Part shown: in pieces, positions 10,825 through 20,969 of the stretch
Position numbering within the stretch: position 1 is the first letter of the stretch
Layout: each line of letters opens with the position of its first letter
Source of the DNA: Candidatus Poribacteria bacterium
GTDB lineage: Bacteria > Poribacteria > WGA-4E > PCPOR2b
NCBI GenBank assembly: GCA_965208325.1
Contig: OZ242326.1
Span: 2,400,001 to 2,464,000 of the forward strand
Direction of reading: 5' to 3'
Length of the DNA stretch: 64,000 nt
Notes under the pieces: generated by a model
The model's database searches: none
What the model was told of the DNA's origin: nothing
What the model saw: only the letters and a program-made list of their open reading frames with translations
Made by a program: the position numbers and the translations under genes

Positions 10825-11880
10825 ATGGCTAAAACGTATCGCGTTGGAATTATTGGCTGTGGCGGTATGGGAAGAATCCATTCAAGAGCTTATACCCAAA
10901 ATGCAGCAACAGAGCTCGTTGCAGGAATGGACATCAACGAGGAATCGGCGAGACGAGTTGCCGAAGAATTCTCTATGCCAGCGGTTTACACCGACTATCA
11001 CAAGATGTTAGAAAAAGAGAATCTAGACATTGTTAGCATTACGACCTGCCAAAGTGTGCGGCCTGTGATTACTGTAGCCGCGGCAAATGCAGGGGTTAAA
11101 GGCATTCTCGGCGAAAAACCGATGGCTGCCTCCTTGGGTGGTGCTGATGACATGCTTAAAGCGTGCGAAAAGAACGATGTCAAGCTCGCCATTGGACATC
11201 AAGGGCGTTTCAACCCGGCAAATACCGAGATTCGAAGACTTGTCAGAGACGGAGCCATCGGACAACCGACGCTGTTACTGAGAAAAAGCAAACACAACGC
11301 CGGACTGCTAAATATAGGTACACACCATATTGACGGGATGCGGTATCAGTTATCAGACCCTGAAACACTTTGGGTAATTGGACAAGTTTCGCGTACAACC
11401 GATAGGTGGGAACGCCGAAACCATTGTGAAGATTTGTGCATGGGATTGATTTGCTTTGAAGGCGGTACACGGGGAGTGTATGAAAGCGATTTGCCTGAAC
11501 CGGCATCCCAGGCGACCGGAATTTACGGGACCGAGGGCCAGATTAAAACTGGACAACACGAAACGCTCCTGCTTCTGAATAACAAAACCAGCGGCTGGAA
11601 ACAGATTACGCCGCGAGCGGTGGGAACAGACCAATTTCAGGAGTTAATTGATTGGATGGAAGGAAAGGTGCCTGAACACCGTAGCAGCGGACGCCAGGCG
11701 CGTTATACCATGGAAATTATGATGGCAATTTACGAATCGCTGCGGGTTAAGAATTTGGTCAAAATGCCGATCGAAACCAAGGAATCACCCCTCGATTTAA
11801 TGATTGAAGATGGCACACTTCCAATACTGAAGAAAGGGCGGTATGATATTCGGCAGCCTTTTCCCGAACAAAATCGGTGA
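10825..11880 (+). CDS. Gfo/Idh/MocA family oxidoreductase
   Basis: VGIIGCGGMG, EKPMA, GTHHID; RBS AAGGAGG. Confidence 0.92.
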   Translation: MAKTYRVGIIGCGGMGRIHSRAYTQNAATELVAGMDINEESARRVAEEFSMPAVYTDYHKMLEKENLDIVSITTCQSVRPVITVAAANAGVKGILGEKPMAASLGGADDMLKACEKNDVKLAIGHQGRFNPANTEIRRLVRDGAIGQPTLLLRKSKHNAGLLNIGTHHIDGMRYQLSDPETLWVIGQVSRTTDRWERRNHCEDLCMGLICFEGGTRGVYESDLPEPASQATGIYGTEGQIKTGQHETLLLLNNKTSGWKQITPRAVGTDQFQELIDWMEGKVPEHRSSGRQARYTMEIMMAIYESLRVKNLVKMPIETKESPLDLMIEDGTLPILKKGRYDIRQPFPEQNR

Positions 11881-12363
11881 AAAAGCAAGTTGAGATTCAA
11901 TTGCAAGCAGATGCTGATGCGCGACACGCTCCATCGGTTGAAATACTAGCGCGGACTCGAAAGCTGCCATCGCCAACCGGGCATACCCGCATCCGACGCG
12001 CAGACTGCGGCGACGTTGGCGGGTGATGCGCTGTCAGCCATGAAAATAGAGAGCCGATTGGTTACAGTTTCGGCTCTACGCACGCAGCGAAGTCTGGGGT
12101 TTGTGGAGTAGGGACTATTAAAATGAGTGAAGCTTGGAAAAGAAGATTGGTCTGGGCACGTATGGTATCTTTGGGCTAGAGCCCCTACGTCTGCTTCAAA
12201 GTCGCTTGATGCTCGAACTGCACGTGGATTAATCGCTTAACTTGATTCCTATCTTTCTTTAAAAAAAATAATAGCAACCCGATATTTTACACAAAACAGA
12301 GGTATATACTATTGATTGAAAACGGTCTCATGGTTTAGTTGGTAAATCCGTTGAAATCAGGAG

Positions 12364-14565
12364 ATGCATAGCATGCAAGCAGAATTGGACGACAAGGCAC
12401 TTGTGCAAAAAGCGAAACAAGGAGATCGCCGCGCTTTCGGGGAGTTGGTGCGATGTTACCAACATACTGTCATGCGAACCGCGCGCTCGTTGACAAAAAA
12501 CGAGGAAGCGGCACAAGATGTCGCTCAAGAGGCGTTTGAAAGAGCATACAAGTATCTGGATTGCTTCAAGCCAGAAAAACCATTTGTCAACTGGCTGTTA
12601 ACAATTACGAAAAATACCGCCAAAACTTGGTTGACACGGGAACACAAAGCGAACGGGCGATTTGTGTCGTTGCAGGAGACGGGGGACGCCGTTTTAGATC
12701 AGCGGACTTACGAGATCTACTCAGCTCAGACAATCCAACAACAGGTTCGAGAGGCGATTTCTGAACTTTCCCCCGCGAATCGAACGGTGGTTCACCTTTA
12801 CTACATTTGCGGGTATTCGTATAAAGAGATAAGCCATCAGCTTGAGATTCCCACAAGCACGGTTCGTAGTCGGCTTCAAGAGTCCAGAAAGCAACTAAGA
12901 GAGGAGTTTGTTAGCATGGTGACTGCGCTACGATTGCAAAAGACGTTGACCAAGAAGGATGGTCTGATAGGCGATACAATCACCGCAATTTTTGAAGACA
13001 GCAAAGGAAATATGTGGTTCGGTACGACCAATGGGGTTAGCCGCTATGATGGGAAGACCTTCCAGAATTTCACGCAGATCGATGGGTTAGCGTTGGATAC
13101 CGTTGGCGCAATTCTTGAAGATAGTCGCGGTACACTTTGGTTCGGCACGGGGCGGTGGAACGTTGAGGGAAAGGGGGTCAGCCGCTATGACGGAAAGACC
13201 TTCCAAAATTTCACCACAGAAGACGGTCTAGCTGACAACACGGTAAAAGACATATTTGAGGATAAGGAAGGATACCTCTGGTTTGCGACACACGGCGGCG
13301 TGAGTCGTTACAATGGCGATAACTTCCACAATATCAAAGCCGGATTTGCACACAGCGCCTATTGGAACTCTAACAACGGTGTTGATGCGATTGTGCAAGA
13401 CGCTGATGGAAGCCTCTGGTTTGGGGGCTACGGCGGCATCAGTTGTTACAATGGAGAGATGTTTGAGCATCTCACAACCGATGATGGGCTGCAAAGTGGA
13501 TGGGTGACCGACCTTCTGTTCGATCGGCAGGGCAATCTCTGGATTACCCGCGCCGGCGGCGGAGGCTTGCTCGCATGCCTCGATTTGAAGTTTAACGACC
13601 ATATTGACCGTGGCAACCCAATATCAAAGGATTTGCGGACTGCCCTTGAGAAAAACGGCATTGCCCTCTCACATAAGGCAAAGATCTGGTCTCGGGAAGA
13701 AGGCCGCAAAGGGTTAGTTCGGGATGGAAAGCTGTTCGACATTGAACCGAATTTCCAAACGGAATTCGATAAAAATATCATTTCCGTCGAATTACGGGAC
13801 GCTTTTGAAAGGAATGGATTCCCACTTTCTGATCCGGAGTTTCTATTTCGCCTCGATCTGAAACACCAGCGTGACTTAGACAGCAGTAATGCGTCATTCC
13901 CAAAAAACCTGCGGCAAGAGTTTGAAAAGAAACTCAATCGCTCATTACTAAAGGATACGCAGATTTTAACCCAGGAGAGTGGTAGCCTATGGCTGATAAC
14001 CGAGAGGGAAAACCATTCAAACGGGTGTTATGGCGGAGATACTTTCGCCGTCAGAATAGAAAACGAAAGGCTAAATGTCTACCGACAGTGCGTCTCCGTG
14101 CACCGCACGGCAGATAACCAATGGCGCATCAGTGACAACGGTGATCGAATCAACAATTGTCCCCGGCTCCGAGAATACTTTGTTGTCAAGGAACAGAATC
14201 GACTCGACGTATACCAAAGTCAGTACGAGGTCATAAAAGGAAATGATCAGCTAATAATTTTGGGGCGCGGCAGCGGGATTAGCCGGTACGATGGCAAAAA
14301 TTTGGTGAATTTTCCGTCTCATGAGGGTATTCCGATGGATATAACCGAAAGTGTCACGCAGGACCGGAAAGGAAACCTTTGGTTTACAAGCCGTGACGGC
14401 GCCAGTGTCTATGACGGGAAAACTTTCCACAACTTTACGACAAGCGACGGCCTGCCGCATAATAATGTGTCTGCGGTGCTTGAGGACAGACACGGTACGC
14501 TCTGGTTCGCCACGGACGGGGGTGTGGGTTTGGGCGTCTATGTGTCCGTCAACGATTCGAGATGA
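12364..14565 (+). CDS. ECF RNA polymerase sigma factor fused to a two-component-regulator-type beta-propeller
   Basis: Sigma region 2 (AFGELV...AQDVAQEAF...FVNWL) and region 4 (YSYKEISHQLEIPTSTVRSRL), then repeated 'IFEDxxGxLWFGT..GVSRYDGKTFQNFT.xDGL' blades. Confidence 0.88.
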   Translation: MHSMQAELDDKALVQKAKQGDRRAFGELVRCYQHTVMRTARSLTKNEEAAQDVAQEAFERAYKYLDCFKPEKPFVNWLLTITKNTAKTWLTREHKANGRFVSLQETGDAVLDQRTYEIYSAQTIQQQVREAISELSPANRTVVHLYYICGYSYKEISHQLEIPTSTVRSRLQESRKQLREEFVSMVTALRLQKTLTKKDGLIGDTITAIFEDSKGNMWFGTTNGVSRYDGKTFQNFTQIDGLALDTVGAILEDSRGTLWFGTGRWNVEGKGVSRYDGKTFQNFTTEDGLADNTVKDIFEDKEGYLWFATHGGVSRYNGDNFHNIKAGFAHSAYWNSNNGVDAIVQDADGSLWFGGYGGISCYNGEMFEHLTTDDGLQSGWVTDLLFDRQGNLWITRAGGGGLLACLDLKFNDHIDRGNPISKDLRTALEKNGIALSHKAKIWSREEGRKGLVRDGKLFDIEPNFQTEFDKNIISVELRDAFERNGFPLSDPEFLFRLDLKHQRDLDSSNASFPKNLRQEFEKKLNRSLLKDTQILTQESGSLWLITERENHSNGCYGGDTFAVRIENERLNVYRQCVSVHRTADNQWRISDNGDRINNCPRLREYFVVKEQNRLDVYQSQYEVIKGNDQLIILGRGSGISRYDGKNLVNFPSHEGIPMDITESVTQDRKGNLWFTSRDGASVYDGKTFHNFTTSDGLPHNNVSAVLEDRHGTLWFATDGGVGLGVYVSVNDSR

Positions 14566-14857
14566 CTTCATACTATCAACACTGGCTGATTGCCAGCAAA
14601 TGTGAGGCGTGGAACGTGAAATGAAAAATGTGAAGAAGTCGCCCTGAGCTTACCCGTCGTTTGGGTTGAACAGTACGCCGCTTAAATCAACCCAACTGGC
14701 AAGGGATAAGTTTTACTTACGCTCTAGATGCCCCAAATTAACGCGCACGCCTTGTTTGGTGTCAAACAGAATGTCCTTTTCACCATCATAAATCTGTTGC
14801 TTGCCGATATGCGGTTCGCCTTGCCACTGTAGTATGTCATCCTACCGAAAACGATTC

Positions 14858-15235
14858 TTATCGAACCCAAAAAAAATTCCGTCTGGGGCAAGAAACTGAT
14901 TCTTCATTACCAAATAACCCATCCCATTTCTGATATGACTCCTCCGCTTTCACGTCACGCGCTTGGGGTCCTACCCTGTCAATCGGCACCTGGTATTTTG
15001 TGCTCCTCGACATGCGCCGCATCCAGTCACGGCAACAATTCACCGTAATCGTGTAAAGCCAGCCAGAGAAATCATTAGGTCGTCGAAACGAGCCCTAGTT
15101 TTGGTAGGCTTTAAGAAAGACCTCCTGCGTTACGTCTTCGGCATCGGTGTGATTGCCAAGTTTGCGGCGGACGATTCCGTATACGGCAGCTTTGTAGTGA
15201 TGCACAAGAATGTGACAATATTCTGTAAGGATAAA
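14858..15235 (-). pseudogene. Degenerate ECF sigma factor (region 2 only, in-frame amber stop)
   Basis: Minus-strand translation: LVHHYKAAVYGIVRRKLGNHTDAEDVTQEVFLKAYQN*GSFRRPNDFSGWLYTITVNCCRDWMRR; TAG at 15097-15095; boundaries approximate. Confidence 0.75.
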
Positions 15236-15398
15236 TCATTGTGTCTGTTCAAGCAGCACACACGGGAACGCGCCCCTAGAATGAATGCGTTATCTTCATA
15301 CAAAAATGGTATAATAATTGTCTGATACGGGCGAACCTTTTATACCGTTGTGGGTTTGTATCACACACAACAATTACATGTAATACGGGAGAGTATCC

Positions 15399-17018
15399 AT
15401 GAACTTTCGCATGTTTCTAGTTCCACTGTGTGTGAGTAGCTTGATTTTTCTGGTGCTGCCGACCGATTGTCCAAGCGTGATTTCCACGAATGAATTGGTC
15501 CAGTTGATGGACAAGAAACATTGGACAACCAGTCGATTTGTGGCAGAATTAGTCGCAGATCGGGGCACAGAGGCAATTCCCCCGTTGATTGATATGCTTC
15601 AGCACGGCGATGAAATTGCCAAAGACAGTGCAATGATGGTCATTGGAAGGCTCAAAGCCTCGTGCGCCATACCCGCGTTAATTGAACTTCTCGCGTACCG
15701 GGATGACAAGGAAGGGGGTGGCTGGATATCTACGTTCATGGCGTCGGACACGCTGGCAGAGCTAAACGAGGGTGCGGTTGAACCTTTGCTGAAGGTAGTG
15801 GCGGAAAAGGGTGGACACACCCGCAGAATGGCGATTCGCACCCTCGGCAAGGTCCATGATGAACGTGCGATGCAAGCATTGCTGGACATTTTCGCGAACA
15901 CTGATGACCCCCATTGGTCGGAAGCTACCCTTCAATTGGCGAGAAGGAAAGATGATGTCGGATTTACTGTGCTGAAACTCGCTGAAATGGATGACAGGGT
16001 GTGGGAGGATGTGCAGAAGTTGCCGATTGGCCGAAGAGATGATAAAAAGCTCATTTCCCTTTACTTTAAAAAGGCAAAACTGAAGAGCCAAGAGCTTTCA
16101 CGCGACGGCCTGCAGGGAATTGCGCGGAATGCTGGAAGCGCTGAGCTTCCGCGTTTATTTGCGGAAGGTTTGGACCGAACTTGGGTGCTGCCATTCGTTG
16201 AAATCAACGCCGCAATAGAAGGGCTGGAGTCAGAATCGGCAAAAGCCGATGTACTTTGGCGCATTGTCATCAGACTGCAATCTGAAGACCAGTACGACAA
16301 CCGGTGGATGCAAGGTCCCACCTACCCTCACCTATATGAAAGCGAAAATCCAATCGAGTACGGTATAGAAAGGCTAGCTCGCCTGGGCGATGTCGTGTTG
16401 CCTCAAATCGAAACCGCCTTGGCGGTCTTAAGACCCGAACAGATGGAGATGGAACTGAAGGCAATTGCCGTGCTCACACGCATGCCCCCGAGCGAGGCGT
16501 CGACAAAGCTAATGCTGAAAACGTTGGGTATGGTGCAAGAACATGAAGCACACGGCGGTCCGATTATTAAGGCGCTTGGAAATCGGAGAGAAAGCCGTGC
16601 AGTTCCCAGGCTCATCAAGCTACTAGACTCATCAGATTGTCACATTGGGTTAGTTATCGAAGCACTCAATAACATAGGCGATAGAACAGCGCTAGAGCCG
16701 TTATTGGCAAAACTCTCAGAAAAGTGGAGGCAAAATCGCGGGTGGAGCGCAACGATCGTGAAAGTCTTAAACCATTGGGAAGTTACCGATGCTTCGTGGA
16801 TTCCCGAACTCGTTGATGCAACATCAAGCGGGTTTCACGGCAATGGTCCCTATGGAGGGCTATACTATGATAAACTGGCGGCTTTCATCTCTTTGGTGAG
16901 AATCGGGAAGCCATCAATAGAAGCGCTGAGAGCGTTGGCCGTGTCTGGGGACGATCGACGTTATGCGGATGTAATCACCCGCGAACTTGCGGAAACGGCG
17001 TTGTCTATTCTGCAGTAA
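15399..17018 (+). CDS. Exported HEAT/PBS-lyase-repeat protein
   Basis: Hydrophobic N-terminus; repeated 'AIPPLIDML', 'AIPALIELL', 'AVEPLLKVV', 'RAVPRLIKLL', 'ALEPLLAKL'. Confidence 0.75.
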   Translation: MNFRMFLVPLCVSSLIFLVLPTDCPSVISTNELVQLMDKKHWTTSRFVAELVADRGTEAIPPLIDMLQHGDEIAKDSAMMVIGRLKASCAIPALIELLAYRDDKEGGGWISTFMASDTLAELNEGAVEPLLKVVAEKGGHTRRMAIRTLGKVHDERAMQALLDIFANTDDPHWSEATLQLARRKDDVGFTVLKLAEMDDRVWEDVQKLPIGRRDDKKLISLYFKKAKLKSQELSRDGLQGIARNAGSAELPRLFAEGLDRTWVLPFVEINAAIEGLESESAKADVLWRIVIRLQSEDQYDNRWMQGPTYPHLYESENPIEYGIERLARLGDVVLPQIETALAVLRPEQMEMELKAIAVLTRMPPSEASTKLMLKTLGMVQEHEAHGGPIIKALGNRRESRAVPRLIKLLDSSDCHIGLVIEALNNIGDRTALEPLLAKLSEKWRQNRGWSATIVKVLNHWEVTDASWIPELVDATSSGFHGNGPYGGLYYDKLAAFISLVRIGKPSIEALRALAVSGDDRRYADVITRELAETALSILQ

Positions 17019-17176
17019 AACCGGAATTGAACAATCGTCAAAATTGAGCAATCGATAGAGAAAATGCCGCGTTTCTTGAAATAAGCGTTTCACATTGAGG
17101 CGCGCATAAAGTTCAGCCGCACGGTACGCAATAGGTATACATTTTCTGGCAGGTTGATATTAACAGGAGATACGCA

Positions 17177-19036
17177 ATGGGTAAATCCGCTTGGCAACAG
17201 ATTCAAGACGGCGTCTTTATGTTTCAGGATAGTTGCCGCGTATACGCAGTTCAATGTCCTCAGGGGACAGTTCTAATCAATGCAGGAACGGGTTTAGCAG
17301 CGAACCATCTCGGGGAGGTCGTTAAAAATGAACCGCTGACGGTTCTGCTCACCCATCATTTCAGGGACCATACGGATGGCTCAATTCGGCTGCACGCAGC
17401 CGGGGCAAATATATTGGGACCTTACTGGGACGCAGAATACTTCTTGGACCCCGAACAGCACTTCCGCGAACGGCAAATCTGGAATTCGTATGACAATCGC
17501 TGGGACCGGTTCTCGCCAGTTCGCCCAATACCGGTGACAGACTGGATGATGGATTACGAAACGCGAAACATCGCGGGTTTAGCGTGGGAGGTCATTCCCA
17601 CACCGGGCGCCACGAATGGAGCGAGTAGCTACGTCGTAACACTGAACGGGCGGCGATTGGCTTTCGTTGGAGAATTAATCTGCGGTCATGGACGAACCGC
17701 TCGATTGGCGCCGCTCCAATACAACTACAATGACATGAGCGGGGCAGTGAACCTCTGGCATAGCTGCTCGCGCTTGCTTGATGCCAAGCCAGACATGCTG
17801 CTGCCCAGCCTCGGCGATCCCATAGATGACCCGACTGGCGCAATTGGCGCTTTCAAAAATAATCTCAAACGCTTGGACGTGATTGTCCCCGGCTTCGCGG
17901 CTGCGCTGAACGAACCTGATGACGACGACATCGAACAAATTCTGCCCCATCTTTACCGCTCCAAATACGCATCGGCTCATACGCATTTTGTCATCAGCAA
18001 AAGCGGAAAAGTCATGTCGCTGGATTATGGATACAACACCGCGGCTTATCTAGCACCAGGCAAGCAACACGTGTCAAATCGGCGCCCATTCCTGCACGGA
18101 CTGAATGGGCTAAATAAACATTTCGGTGCCGATCGGATAGATACAGTTCTGGTTACACATTTTCACGACGACCATGTGAATGGTATACCGCTGCTTCAGC
18201 GGCAGTTTGGTACCACCGTCTGGGCAGGGAGGCACTTTTCCGACATCCTTGAGCGGCCCAACCGCTATGATCGGCCGTGCCTCTGGCACGAACCGATTCA
18301 GGTCAGCCGGCACCTGCCCGACGCTGAGACCGTGTATTGGGAAGATGTGCCAATCACCCTTTACCCGATGTCGGGACACACGCGTTTTGCGACCCTAGTT
18401 TGCATGGAAATTGACGGGAAGCGGGTTGCGCATACCGGAGACCAAATTTTCTTCGATACGGAAGGTAAGGATTTTGAATCCGGAGCGAAGTTGTTTACCA
18501 ACCACGTCTACAAAAACGGCCTTGATATTGGTTGCTACAAGCAAACACTGGAAGACCTTCGACGCTTTCAACCGGATTTGATATTGACCGGACATACAAT
18601 GCCCTACCAAACCAGCGACGAATGGTACGAGGTGCTCGACCGCGGCGCCAATGCGTTCGACGAAATCCACCAGTCCCTGATGATATTAGGAGATGGCGAT
18701 GTCCATTTTGGCGCCGAGTCTCAGGGCGGGAAACTCAAGCCTTACCGTCTGCATCTTCCAACCGGAGGAACCGCAGAGTTTCAGGGATGGGTACTCAACC
18801 CCTTTCCGTCAGCGTGTAAGGCAATGGCTAGATTGATTGGTCCGGCGGGCTGGGAAAGCGAATCCATTGAAATAGAGCTAGCCCCTCGGGAGCGGAAAGA
18901 GATCCAAATCTCCATTACAGCTCCGGCCGGCACATGCTGTCGACGCCAACCGGTCGGTTTGGACATAACGGTCAATGGACGTGCTTTCGGTCAGGTGGCT
19001 GAAGCGCTGCTCACCATTGGACATGCCAGATTTTAG
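17177..19036 (+). CDS. Protein with two metallo-beta-lactamase-fold domains and a C-terminal beta-sandwich
   Basis: THHFRDHTDG (degenerate) and THFHDDHVNG...GHT...HTGD...TGH (intact) motifs. Confidence 0.8.
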   Translation: MGKSAWQQIQDGVFMFQDSCRVYAVQCPQGTVLINAGTGLAANHLGEVVKNEPLTVLLTHHFRDHTDGSIRLHAAGANILGPYWDAEYFLDPEQHFRERQIWNSYDNRWDRFSPVRPIPVTDWMMDYETRNIAGLAWEVIPTPGATNGASSYVVTLNGRRLAFVGELICGHGRTARLAPLQYNYNDMSGAVNLWHSCSRLLDAKPDMLLPSLGDPIDDPTGAIGAFKNNLKRLDVIVPGFAAALNEPDDDDIEQILPHLYRSKYASAHTHFVISKSGKVMSLDYGYNTAAYLAPGKQHVSNRRPFLHGLNGLNKHFGADRIDTVLVTHFHDDHVNGIPLLQRQFGTTVWAGRHFSDILERPNRYDRPCLWHEPIQVSRHLPDAETVYWEDVPITLYPMSGHTRFATLVCMEIDGKRVAHTGDQIFFDTEGKDFESGAKLFTNHVYKNGLDIGCYKQTLEDLRRFQPDLILTGHTMPYQTSDEWYEVLDRGANAFDEIHQSLMILGDGDVHFGAESQGGKLKPYRLHLPTGGTAEFQGWVLNPFPSACKAMARLIGPAGWESESIEIELAPRERKEIQISITAPAGTCCRRQPVGLDITVNGRAFGQVAEALLTIGHARF

Positions 19037-19078
19037 AGATAACTCCCACGAACTAAAATAAGTACGAGGCACACAGAA

Positions 19079-20155
19079 ATGAAAATAAAAAAGGGCAACA
19101 TCACCAGCCGTATCGAACTCTCGCCGGGTGAAGATATAGGCATCCATCCGATTCACACCCTTAATTTTACCAATGTAGACGCCCTAAATATTCAGGACAC
19201 CTCCGGATTCCCTTGGCTGCGCTTTTTCAAGGGCTATCAACACTCTGAGCATGACCCCTACTGGCATGAAGCCTATTTCGTTTCTAACGGGGGCTTTACG
19301 TTCTTGCTTAACCTGATGAACACGCGGGATGATAAGGAGGTGGGCATCCGGCTGTGGAAAGGCGACCATCCCAACCAGTGGTGCATCCTGATTCCGAGCC
19401 AGCCGGGATACAAGTTCGCCATCATTCGGGACGCGCTGATTGACGCTTTCGTCCTTGATGAGGACGGCAGGCTCATAATCGGAAGGCTTCCTCCAAACGA
19501 CTACGGGCCTCCCGAAGGCAGATTTCACGTCAGAGGGATGATTGATGAAATACAGGCTATCGTGGAGGCTGCCGCCTCGCAATCCGACGACATTTTCGAG
19601 GTAACAAGCAACGGTAGAAAATGTAAACACTTCGTCGTAAGTGCGGAAGGCAACGTTGGGGTTGGAACTGATACGCCTCGCGCTAAGCTGGACATCGGTG
19701 GAACAGCGCACCATACAGGGTTGGCGCAAGAATTTCTCTGCAACGGCGACCTAGAACCAGGGGAAATTGCGGTGATCGACACAAACGACAGATTGAAGGT
19801 AAAGCGGGCCGAGAAGGCTTATGACACCGCCATAGCCGGCGTCGTCTCAAGAAGTCCGGCGATAAGGATTAGTCCGCAGCATTATGAGCGGACGGCACCT
19901 TTGACCCTGTCCGGAAGCGTTCCGGTCAAGGTTACCGATGAGAACGGCCCGATTGAAGTCGGCGATGCGTTAACCTCCAGTTCAACATCAGGCTGCGCCA
20001 TGAAATTCCAGTTGCTGGAAGCGAGAAGCGGAATGGGAAGCGGCGAAATCATGGAACTCATCAATGAGAATGAACGGCGGCGGAGTGCAATTTTGGGCAA
20101 GGCGTTGGAACCCTTTACACAAGGCACAGGCGAAATAATGGCATTGGTATCGTAG
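19079..20155 (+). CDS. Tail-fibre-like protein with a C-terminal intramolecular-chaperone-like domain
   Basis: 'GNVGVGTDTPRAKLDIGG' followed by 'LEPGEIAVID...YDTAIAGVVSRSP...LSGSVPVKVTDENGPIEVGDALTSSSTSGCAMK...ILGKALE'. Confidence 0.6.
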   Translation: MKIKKGNITSRIELSPGEDIGIHPIHTLNFTNVDALNIQDTSGFPWLRFFKGYQHSEHDPYWHEAYFVSNGGFTFLLNLMNTRDDKEVGIRLWKGDHPNQWCILIPSQPGYKFAIIRDALIDAFVLDEDGRLIIGRLPPNDYGPPEGRFHVRGMIDEIQAIVEAAASQSDDIFEVTSNGRKCKHFVVSAEGNVGVGTDTPRAKLDIGGTAHHTGLAQEFLCNGDLEPGEIAVIDTNDRLKVKRAEKAYDTAIAGVVSRSPAIRISPQHYERTAPLTLSGSVPVKVTDENGPIEVGDALTSSSTSGCAMKFQLLEARSGMGSGEIMELINENERRRSAILGKALEPFTQGTGEIMALVS

Positions 20156-20337
20156 AGCCGCCTTCATTGGTTGGGTGTATTGTCCAACTCATAGGTTGGC
20201 AAATTGTCAGTCCTTCGACACGGCGAAGTTACGTTCGTTTGATGAGGACTTCTGCGTTATTGGAGAGATACCTGAAGTTCCCTCACTAACTAATAGCCTA
20301 AACAATCTTGCAGCCAGCGCTACTTCGCCCTAGCCGG

Positions 20338-20366
20338 TTGACAAAACCTAAACCACGAATTATAAT
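20338..20366 (+). promoter_or_regulatory. Sigma70 consensus promoter of the 20.5-25 kb cluster
   Basis: TTGACA-17 nt-TATAAT, perfect consensus. Confidence 0.8.
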
Positions 20367-20531
20367 ACGCATCATTCCGACTAACGAAATAGCACGTCCG
20401 AATGGTAACTGATGGTTAAGCGTTGTTGTATCGATAGTTATTTCAAGTTCGCTTGAGGTGGCGAGAAGAACTGTTAGCAAACTCCCTCGGAATATTGGTG
20501 CAAGAATTTTATGTAGAACAGGAGATGTCTT

Positions 20532-20945
20532 GTGAAAATTATTTTAAAAAAATATTTTAAAGTTTTCGCTCTTTTTGTAGTAGTGTTGATGTTGAGCGTT
20601 CCCGTAGTCACACTTGCCCAGAGGGATATTCATTTGGAGGCGAGGGTTGCCGCTGAACGCGATGCTGAAACAGATACGAGTCAGTTATTATGGATTGGCG
20701 GCAACTTTTGTTTAGCTGCAGTTGGTGGCTGCCTGCTTGGTTCGGTCGGACTACTTGGTGCGATAATCTATGATCCTCCTGTACCATCATATCGCTTGCT
20801 CGGAAAATCGCCTGAATACGTCATGTTTTACACACAAGCCTACAAGGAAAAAGTAGAAAACCTGCAATTGAGATCGTCGTTTTTGGGTTGCCTCGGTGGA
20901 ACAGTGGTTGCTGTAATCATATGGACTCCGTATTATTCCCGATAA
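20532..20945 (+). CDS. Small exported/membrane protein with two Gly/Cys-rich hydrophobic segments
   Basis: Signal peptide (..VTLA|Q), 'CLAAVGGCLLGSVGLLGAII' and 'FLGCLGGTVVAVII'; RBS AGGAG. Confidence 0.7.
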   Translation: MKIILKKYFKVFALFVVVLMLSVPVVTLAQRDIHLEARVAAERDAETDTSQLLWIGGNFCLAAVGGCLLGSVGLLGAIIYDPPVPSYRLLGKSPEYVMFYTQAYKEKVENLQLRSSFLGCLGGTVVAVIIWTPYYSR

Positions 20946-20969
20946 CAATTGGAGAGGAAGTGATAGCAA

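Noticed and set aside
15095..15097. Amber codon as pyrrolysine or recoding site
   Set aside because: Other genes in the window end in TAG normally, and the ORF also lacks a clear start and region 4, consistent with decay
14963..15325. 120-aa plus-strand ORF
   Set aside because: Antisense shadow of the ECF sigma pseudogene on the minus strand
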